This document shows positions 57,707 through 64,000 of a stretch of DNA of 64,000 bases, piece after piece; within the stretch, counting starts at the first letter, position 1; every line of letters begins with the position of its first letter. Where the stretch lies: positions 1 to 64,000 of the IMG/VR virus record IMGVR_UViG_3300032243_000596. The stretch is one strand, 5' to 3'. Source of the DNA: a virus. Lineage: Duplodnaviria; Caudoviricetes. The notes below the pieces were generated by a model. The model made no database searches and was not told the origin of the DNA. It saw only the letters and a program-made list of their open reading frames with translations. Position numbers and translations under genes: made by a program.

Positions 57707-58390
57707 TTAGTTAGATAGGTAATACTGCTCCACTCGCTTGAGCCATTGTTCTGTCCAGTGCTCAAATTCATCTTGGGCTATGACAAATTCTTGATATTCG
57801 TTGTTGGCACTGCACATTAAAATAACACCTGTTTGAATATCTGTTCCGTGTGTGTTATTATGTGCCATACTGTATGCGGCCAACTGTATAAAATAATCGT
57901 CGATCCACTCACGTTTCTTGGGCTTATTTGTTTGTTTGAAGTCTAAAATTGCAGGTTTTCCTTGCCACACGCCCACACAATCTGTAGTACCTGCGTATAG
58001 CCCACTGTAGTACACAGGAACTTCTACACCCCAAAATTCAGTCACGTGTTTATCAAGTGCTTGGTTAATGATGATATTGGCCATCCCGTGGCTTTGTTGA
58101 CTGTAAGGATTTGATCCTGGATCATCTATACTGCCATTTAGCACGTAGTTTTCTAACCACTTGTGCATACGTGTTCCCCGACTGGCAGCTTCGGTGGTAA
58201 TTTCCTGTGCTTTGGCTTCGCCCACGCTGCGGCGCCAACGCTGTAGTGCTTCACGTTTTTCTTGTGGTTTAGTTCGGTCTAGTATTGTGGTTACGCTGGG
58301 CACAGCAGTCCCATCAGGCAAAGCATAATGACGTTTGCCTTCAATGGTGGTTCTTGAAATGGGCGTATAATTAAATTTGGATATTAACAT
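57707..58390 (-). CDS. PD-(D/E)xK exonuclease
   Basis: VPSVTTIL, RGTRMH, YAGTTD, ILDFK, QLAAY. Confidence 0.88.
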   Translation of the reverse strand: MLISKFNYTPISRTTIEGKRHYALPDGTAVPSVTTILDRTKPQEKREALQRWRRSVGEAKAQEITTEAASRGTRMHKWLENYVLNGSIDDPGSNPYSQQSHGMANIIINQALDKHVTEFWGVEVPVYYSGLYAGTTDCVGVWQGKPAILDFKQTNKPKKREWIDDYFIQLAAYSMAHNNTHGTDIQTGVILMCSANNEYQEFVIAQDEFEHWTEQWLKRVEQYYLSN

Positions 58391-58399
58391 TGGTTATCT

Positions 58400-58723
58400 T
58401 TATATTCTGAAACTTTCCCCGCAACCACAACGGTCACGTTCGTTGGGATTACTAAATTCAAATCCTTCATTTAATCCATTGCGTACAAAATCTATTTCTA
58501 GACCTTGTAGATATGCGCCGCTTTTTGGATCAACAAATATTTTACAATCCTTAGATTCAATACATTGGTCTTCGGGGTTGGGTGTATCTACATATTCTAA
58601 CACATAAGCAAGTCCGCTGCAACCGGTAGTTCGAACGCCCACACGCAGGCCCTGCCCTTGTCCCCTGCGAGCCAATTGCTGTTTTATTTTTTTAGCGGCT
58701 ATATCAGTTAGTGTTACGGTCAT
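58400..58723 (-). CDS. iscA: Fe-S cluster assembly A-type carrier IscA
   Basis: GCSG, NPN..CGCGESF; start MTVTLT. Confidence 0.95.
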   Translation of the reverse strand: MTVTLTDIAAKKIKQQLARRGQGQGLRVGVRTTGCSGLAYVLEYVDTPNPEDQCIESKDCKIFVDPKSGAYLQGLEIDFVRNGLNEGFEFSNPNERDRCGCGESFRI

Positions 58724-59735
58724 TGTTAAACATTGTGTGGAACTTGCTTCCATAATTATTTACAACAGATTCAAATATATCCTGGTTGTACTGCAAGATG
58801 GGTGCAAGATTATCTAATAATTCTGTCAGCTGATCTGGATTTAATCTGTGAATTCTGTTTAATTCTTGTTTGATTGACTCCAGTCTGTAACCTAAACTGG
58901 GCTCGGAGTCGTAACTTTCGTCAATGTAAGGATGGAATGTTTTAAAGCCCAACTCACGCAAATAGGCCAACATACCCTGCCCTGCCACCACTAAAAAGGG
59001 TTTCTTAGTATACAGGCATTTGATAGTTTTGTCCGTGAACCAGTAGCTGTTATGGCAGTCTGTTTCGGCTATGATTTCAATTTTAAATTTTGGCCAGATA
59101 CTGGGGTATGTTTGCATACCCCTGGTCCAGTCAGATATGCCGTTGCCGTGCGTTGCTTCTACTGTTTTGTTTTTGTTGGTAAAGTTATGCGCCCACTCTA
59201 ACTCATTTTTATAGTAATCTTCAAAGTCAGTAAATTCATAGCGTATTACATCTGGGTGGGGTTGGAATACTACAAAACTGTCATTTTTAAATTGCGTGTC
59301 CAAATGATAGGCCATTAAAAATCGTTCTAGTGTGTACCTGCCGTACACAGCACCAAACAGTTTGGCATCGGCATTCAATTGATATTGCGGGCGATCTTCT
59401 AACCAAGGACATACTAGATCAAAACTATTGCTGGTCAAGTAGACTACACGTACCTGACTGTTCTTGTAATTGGGTGTTGAAGTTTGTACTTCTATTAGAT
59501 CGTGTGCCAGTCGTGTTTCCACTACAATGAGATCTATTAGATGATCTATATTACAAAAGGTGACAGGCAGTGCGTCGGGGAAGAATAAAATCAGCTTGCT
59601 GATGGCAATTTGCCTGCTGATGGCAGACAATTGATCAATTAGCACTGGTATTCTGGTAAACTGGTAGTCGTGGTTTAAAAAACAAGTCCCGTTAATTTTA
59701 ACTTCGTTGTTGGTTACGCCGATAGCACCATTCAT
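58704..59735 (-). CDS. GT-B/exostosin-like hypothetical protein (member 3 of 3)
   Basis: AETDC...FTDKTIK...GFKTFHPYIDESYD. Confidence 0.65.
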   Translation of the reverse strand: MNGAIGVTNNEVKINGTCFLNHDYQFTRIPVLIDQLSAISRQIAISKLILFFPDALPVTFCNIDHLIDLIVVETRLAHDLIEVQTSTPNYKNSQVRVVYLTSNSFDLVCPWLEDRPQYQLNADAKLFGAVYGRYTLERFLMAYHLDTQFKNDSFVVFQPHPDVIRYEFTDFEDYYKNELEWAHNFTNKNKTVEATHGNGISDWTRGMQTYPSIWPKFKIEIIAETDCHNSYWFTDKTIKCLYTKKPFLVVAGQGMLAYLRELGFKTFHPYIDESYDSEPSLGYRLESIKQELNRIHRLNPDQLTELLDNLAPILQYNQDIFESVVNNYGSKFHTMFNNDRNTN

Positions 59736-60109
59736 CAGTGCCGCTTTCTATAGTCTTCTACTGCTGCTTTGATTGCATCTTCAGCAAGGATGCTACAATG
59801 GATTTTGACTGGTGGCAGGGCGAGCTCTTCAGCAATCTCTGAATTTTTAAGAGCTGCGGCTTGGTCCAGCGTCTTGCCTTTAACCCACTCGGTAACAAGA
59901 GAGGAACTCGCGATAGCACTACCGCAACCGTAGGTTTTGAAACGGGCATCAGTAATTACTCCATCTTTAACTTTGATTTGTAACTTCATTACGTCACCAC
60001 ACGCAGGCGCACCAACCATACCAGTGCCAACATCGCTGTCGTCTTTGTCAAAGACGCCAACGTTTCTTGGGTTCTCGTAATGATCTATCACCTTATTTGA
60101 ATAGGCCAT
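59735..60109 (-). CDS. iscU: Fe-S scaffold IscU
   Basis: YSNKVIDHYENPRN, GAPACGD, GCGSA, LPPVKIHC. Confidence 0.97.
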   Translation of the reverse strand: MAYSNKVIDHYENPRNVGVFDKDDSDVGTGMVGAPACGDVMKLQIKVKDGVITDARFKTYGCGSAIASSSLVTEWVKGKTLDQAAALKNSEIAEELALPPVKIHCSILAEDAIKAAVEDYRKRH

Positions 60110-60147
60110 AATTGTCTCCTAATGTGTTATTGTACTTTAAAAAGATA

Positions 60148-60522
60148 CTATTGTCTACGGGCCATAGCCTGTTTGGCCATATTGGCAACAGTTTGTTCGG
60201 GATTTTCCGCATCAGCAGCCATCGAATCTGGTGTGTTGGCCACTGTTTGAGTAACTGCACCTGCAACCGAAACTGTTTCGGGAGTTATGTTTTTCAAAAT
60301 GTTTTTCATACTGGGTTCAGCATCGTTGGCTGTCAACAAGTCCTGGTATGTAAAACTGGGTAATCCGGTATTGCGAATATAACGGATAACCATTTCTGTT
60401 GGTATTTCTGGTTTTAAATCACCAGCTTGAATTCTATTTTGAAGGAGACTTAAAGCAGTGACAACATTTGTATATTGTTCACTGCCAGATTCATCACTAC
60501 CAACGAACTCAAAGAGTCTCAT
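60148..60522 (-). CDS. hypothetical protein, probable virion/morphogenesis
   Basis: MRLFEF N-terminus; late region. Confidence 0.65.
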   Translation of the reverse strand: MRLFEFVGSDESGSEQYTNVVTALSLLQNRIQAGDLKPEIPTEMVIRYIRNTGLPSFTYQDLLTANDAEPSMKNILKNITPETVSVAGAVTQTVANTPDSMAADAENPEQTVANMAKQAMARRQ

Positions 60523-61202
60523 TAACGACGCTCTCTGCCCATTTCTTCTGAACCACCTGCGGCGGCGTCAGTGGCGCTAAAGCCATCATCTTCGCTGTCA
60601 AAGTCATTTTCCAAGTCAGAGCCAGCACCGTCAGCTTCTAGGTCCGGGCCACTGCCCATATCCATTGGAGCTGCACTGGTCTGCTCACCTGCCAAGCCAC
60701 GTGCGCCTTGGTCTAGTGCATCACGTGCGCCATTCAAACTGTCCATCAAGCCTTGTAGAGCTGCTGTTACTGTTTGCTTGAATGAGTCTGCCTGTGGTTG
60801 GCCAACTTGGTCACGGATTGTGTCCAGCAGTGGGGGCAATTGCTCGTTCAGCATCTTGCTGGCATCAGTGATCATATCTTGAACACTGTCAACCATATCT
60901 TTGGCAGCCAGTACTGCTTCTGCTTTTTCCTGTTCACCTTCTGTCAACACACGGTCTTGCTGTGCTAACCAAGATGACAGGCCTTCGCGAACCATAAGCA
61001 TTTCCATATACTTGGGATTCTGTTCAGCAGTGTGTGCGCCGTGTGTGCGACGGATTTGATTTAAGTTTTCTGCTATAGCATAGCTCAAACGTTGTGCTTT
61101 GGCGTAGGTCAGGTTATCATAATCAATAGCAAACCCGAAACGGCTTTCCATTACTTTGTTAAGACGTTTTGTGGTTCTTGGTGCTAGTTCTTTTAAATTC
61201 AT
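60522..61202 (-). CDS. acidic helical protein, possible prohead core/scaffold
   Basis: start MNLKEL; acidic C-terminus ending GRERR. Confidence 0.65.
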   Translation of the reverse strand: MNLKELAPRTTKRLNKVMESRFGFAIDYDNLTYAKAQRLSYAIAENLNQIRRTHGAHTAEQNPKYMEMLMVREGLSSWLAQQDRVLTEGEQEKAEAVLAAKDMVDSVQDMITDASKMLNEQLPPLLDTIRDQVGQPQADSFKQTVTAALQGLMDSLNGARDALDQGARGLAGEQTSAAPMDMGSGPDLEADGAGSDLENDFDSEDDGFSATDAAAGGSEEMGRERR

Positions 61203-61219
61203 ATTATCTTTCCCAGATT

Positions 61220-61747
61220 TTAGTTGGCGCTTAGTACACTCGCCCAAACTTTATTATATTTAGCACTTGTTAAAGTTTTTTCTAATTCTTCCTGTGCTGA
61301 AATGTACCTTGTTTTTACGTCTGTATAGCGTATAGTCCACAGATCACGTTTAAAGTAATCTGTGGTTTTTTTAGTTAATTTCTTGCTGTAAAATTCAAAT
61401 TCGTCGTTCAACTTGGCTACATTTCTATCGTTTGCCAATAGTTTGTCTGCTGTCTTATAATGTTTGCAGTAGGTAAAAACTGCGTAAAAAATTGCTGCCT
61501 GTCGGCTGTAGAATACGTGTATTGGTTCTTCGCTGTCAGTTACTATATATTTGTGGCTGGCCAATTGGGATATTTTATGTGTGCCCACTACCCAGATTTT
61601 ATTGCTGAGTTGTAAACATACTGGAAATTTGGGCTCATAGCGTAAATGATTAAATTCTGTTCTTGCCCATTGGTCAACCTTGGTAATTGCCAGATCAACC
61701 AGCAGTTTGCCTAGATCGTTTTTTATAGATGATTTTACCGTTTTCAT
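61220..61747 (-). CDS. hypothetical protein
   Basis: ORF in late operon. Confidence 0.7.
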   Translation of the reverse strand: MKTVKSSIKNDLGKLLVDLAITKVDQWARTEFNHLRYEPKFPVCLQLSNKIWVVGTHKISQLASHKYIVTDSEEPIHVFYSRQAAIFYAVFTYCKHYKTADKLLANDRNVAKLNDEFEFYSKKLTKKTTDYFKRDLWTIRYTDVKTRYISAQEELEKTLTSAKYNKVWASVLSAN

Positions 61748-61919
61748 TTTTTCTTTGAAGTAAGTCTTTGTTGACTAGTTGATTGGCTATTAGTTGCTGT
61801 CGTTCGCTTAGATCGCTCTTGGCCATAACGGGTGTTTCTTCGTCAAACTGAGATAAGACATCTGCTTCCTCGTTTGTGATGACCATTGATAAATTCTCAG
61901 TGACTTCAATGATTTTCAT
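61695..61919 (-). CDS. small hypothetical protein
   Basis: MKIIEVTE...ITNEE...LVNKD. Confidence 0.7.
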   Translation of the reverse strand: MKIIEVTENLSMVITNEEADVLSQFDEETPVMAKSDLSERQQLIANQLVNKDLLQRKNENGKIIYKKRSRQTAG

Positions 61920-62182
61920 TTGTTTATAAAATTAACCAACAACACCGTGCAAGCAGATATCATTGCCGCCATTATGGCTGTTCCGATACTTATGATAGTT
62001 TTGTCACTGTTGTCGCTACCCGTTTTTTGAGTGATTGAATCTCTTATAGCTAATAAATGTTCTTCAACCGTATTCATACGCTTGTCTAATGAATCAAGTT
62101 TGTTTTCCAAGTTCTTGTACCTTTCAGCGCAAAGCTCTACGTGCGCCTCTAGGTTTTGTTTTTCTATATCGGTGGTGGACAT
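61916..62182 (-). CDS. coiled-coil protein with C-terminal TM helix
   Basis: LEAHVELCAERYKNLE; hydrophobic tail. Confidence 0.75.
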   Translation of the reverse strand: MSTTDIEKQNLEAHVELCAERYKNLENKLDSLDKRMNTVEEHLLAIRDSITQKTGSDNSDKTIISIGTAIMAAMISACTVLLVNFINK

Positions 62183-62217
62183 TTTATCTCGCTTGTTAAT
62201 GCGATGCAGTTTAGTTT

Positions 62218-62253
62218 GCCTATATGTGCCGTAAAGAGAAGCCTATTGGTGCC
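62218..62253 (-). repeat. two 13-nt near-identical repeats in a late 5' UTR
   Basis: GGCACCAATAGGC and GGCACATATAGGC. Confidence 0.6.
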
Positions 62254-62259
62254 AGAGCA

Positions 62260-62670
62260 TCAAACAATATTTATGCCAGGGCGTTGAATAAAGTGTATGT
62301 TCTTTAAAAAACCTTGGGTATGAAACAAAGGCAACATAAATCTTGCTGTTTCATCCAGTCCCAATACTATGGGTATTTGATCAAAGTCTTTGTCTAACTC
62401 TTCTATTAGATATGAATCTTCCCTGTCCCCCGAAAATTGAAATGCCCATACCGTATGATGGCCTTCATAAAAGTTCCCAAACTCAAAGTACTTTAAACTT
62501 TCGTTATTCCAGCGAACAGGCGTTTGATTAAAAAAAGGCTGAGCTCTTAGACCCAACAATTGTACCACTGATTGCCAATTGCGCTGTTGGTCTCTGGCTT
62601 CTCCCAAGCCTTTAGTTACTCCTGTGGCAGTGATGTCTATCAATGTAAAACAAGTGGTAACATTATTCAT
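62260..62670 (-). CDS. phage hypothetical protein
   Basis: TLIDITATG...QQRNWQS; TATAAATA-N5-ATG. Confidence 0.75.
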   Translation of the reverse strand: MNNVTTCFTLIDITATGVTKGLGEARDQQRNWQSVVQLLGLRAQPFFNQTPVRWNNESLKYFEFGNFYEGHHTVWAFQFSGDREDSYLIEELDKDFDQIPIVLGLDETARFMLPLFHTQGFLKNIHFIQRPGINIV

Positions 62671-62675
62671 AACAA

Positions 62676-62683
62676 TATTTATA
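62676..62683 (-). promoter_or_regulatory. T4-type late promoter
   Basis: TATAAATA; perfect copies also at 8942, 30035 and 63205. Confidence 0.75.
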
Positions 62684-62691
62684 GGTCAAAA

Positions 62692-62717
62692 AAATAGGCA
62701 GTCGAAACTGCCCATTT
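62692..62717 (-). terminator. UUCG terminator
   Basis: AAATGGGCAGT-TTCG-ACTGCCTATTT-TTTT. Confidence 0.85.
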
Positions 62718-62737
62718 AATTGTAGATAAACTACTGA

Positions 62738-63163
62738 TTAACCGCCTGCGGCTGTTACGAAACGCATAGCATTTGGTCCGCCAACAACTGTACCAGAGTA
62801 TGTATAACCACTGCTGTCGCTGATAGCACGGATGTTAGCTTGCAAGTTTGTGTAGTCCCACTGACTGTCTTCTGTCAATACGCTTAACAAACCGTTGGTA
62901 ACACCACCTAAAGCTGCATTACCAATTTGATATGCCAAGATTGTAGCATTCAAGCTGATTGTGCGTAGAATAGATTCAACTGCTTGACCTGTTCCAACGT
63001 TAGCTGTCAGTGCTGAAGCACAGTTGATAGACCAAGCCTGAACTGGCTTGCCAATACCTGTAGAAATAACTACGCCTACGCTGTTTGCTGCTGTAGAAAA
63101 ATCAGCTGCGCCAACGCTAACTACGTTTTGTCCATTACCGTTTGTACGTGTAAATACTGCCAT
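62738..63163 (-). CDS. putative virion structural protein
   Basis: Gly/Ala/Ser/Thr-rich; strong SD; TATAAATA at 63205-63212. Confidence 0.65.
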   Translation of the reverse strand: MAVFTRTNGNGQNVVSVGAADFSTAANSVGVVISTGIGKPVQAWSINCASALTANVGTGQAVESILRTISLNATILAYQIGNAALGGVTNGLLSVLTEDSQWDYTNLQANIRAISDSSGYTYSGTVVGGPNAMRFVTAAGG

Positions 63164-63239
63164 TTTATTTTCCTTTAAAAATTCTGCGAATTAACGCATA
63201 TAGATATTTATACCTAATGACAAAAATCTCTTGATTAGA

Positions 63240-64000
63240 TTAGTTTTTCTTCCAGTTCTTGACTGCGGCAAAATTCTGTTTACTGAACTCCAAGCGGTCT
63301 ACTAGTTTAACAGCGCCACCGTCGTGTCCTATAGCAACAAAGCCCTCGGGTGCTGTTACTTTGTAACCGTTTTCAGTATTGATAAATGTACCAATACTTT
63401 CAATCTTTTGCATCTTGGTCAAGATCAATAGTTTGCCCTCGATTACACGTTTGTAGATAGCAAGAATACCCAATAGTGTGTTGCTGTTAGATTCAATGAA
63501 TCGCTCGTTATCTTCTATCTTTTTAATACGTGCCTGTGCCGCTTTACTTTCGGGTCCGCCTTTTAGTTTGGCGATTTCAGCTTCTTGCTTGCCCTTATAG
63601 TAGGCCAGGAATTTTGTTAAAAACTCAGATGGCTCGCCAACCTGTACTCCGCCTTTGATCATACTGTTAATAAAAGGCTTGATGTAGGTGTTAAATTCAG
63701 GATTGCCTAAGATGACATTAAATGCTTTTTGATCTACTTTTTTCAGTGTGATTGCACCTTGGCCAATGGTGGCAGCAATCATATTGTCCTCTTGCGGTGT
63801 GAGGCTGGCGATGCCTGTGTAGTCTTTGTAAGTGGCATCATCAAACCATACAGCTTTACTGGGAGTAAGTCCAGCTACACTGGCACCAAAGCTGGCAGTC
63901 ATACTGGGCAAATCTGCACCTTCGTAGGCCGTGTGGAATATAATACCTATTTTAGCTGAAGCAATGCGTTTGCCCAATGCGCTGTTGACTGGCACAGCGT
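63240..64000 (-). CDS. DUF6267-like phage protein, 5'-truncated by window edge
   Basis: GIIFHT, APEGFVA, VKLVDRLEFS..NF. Confidence 0.6.
   Translation of the reverse strand, partial: AVPVNSALGKRIASAKIGIIFHTAYEGADLPSMTASFGASVAGLTPSKAVWFDDATYKDYTGIASLTPQEDNMIAATIGQGAITLKKVDQKAFNVILGNPEFNTYIKPFINSMIKGGVQVGEPSEFLTKFLAYYKGKQEAEIAKLKGGPESKAAQARIKKIEDNERFIESNSNTLLGILAIYKRVIEGKLLILTKMQKIESIGTFINTENGYKVTAPEGFVAIGHDGGAVKLVDRLEFSKQNFAAVKNWKKN

Noticed and set aside
1-64000. CRISPR array, canonical tRNA or rRNA genes, reverse transcriptase/DGR, alternative genetic code
   Set aside because: No regularly spaced repeats, cloverleaf with anticodon arm or RT motifs were seen by eye. The only CCA-ending element is the tmRNA. 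Known genes read through intact in code 11.

Overview
A 64-kb segment of a large dsDNA tailed phage with T4-superfamily-style regulation: TATAAATA/NNTAAATA late promoters, C/T-UUCG-G/A terminators, a PAAR spike and probable virion genes at the right end. Host-derived genes (ahpC/ahpD, iscU/iscA, class Ia nrdAB, clpP/clpS, rpsU) look proteobacterial, probably Betaproteobacteria. An aquatic, oligotrophic host is inference. About 110 densely packed genes, nearly all on the minus strand. They cover DNA metabolism (ATP ligase, RNR, glutaredoxin, UvsE, exonucleases, HNH, GIY-YIG), many auxiliary metabolic and glycan-modifying genes, and small early genes behind about 20 near-consensus sigma70 promoters. 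Signals the ORF track does not show: (1) a circularly permuted two-piece tmRNA gene with tag ANDSQFALAA; (2) a plcP-agt phospholipid-to-glycolipid remodelling pair with Pho-box-like sites, divergent from a desaturase; (3) about 12 genes whose start codon sits at the predicted +1 of either promoter class (leaderless mRNAs), in a phage that also encodes bS21; (4) a recurrent AGTAVTAC-N4-GTAYTACT palindrome coupled to early promoters; (5) ROSE-like thermometers, a candidate kissing-loop sRNA, a DGQH/ParB-HNH pair, a possibly virion-packaged amidoligase and an amidinotransferase cluster. All family calls are by motif recognition by eye; no database searches were run.
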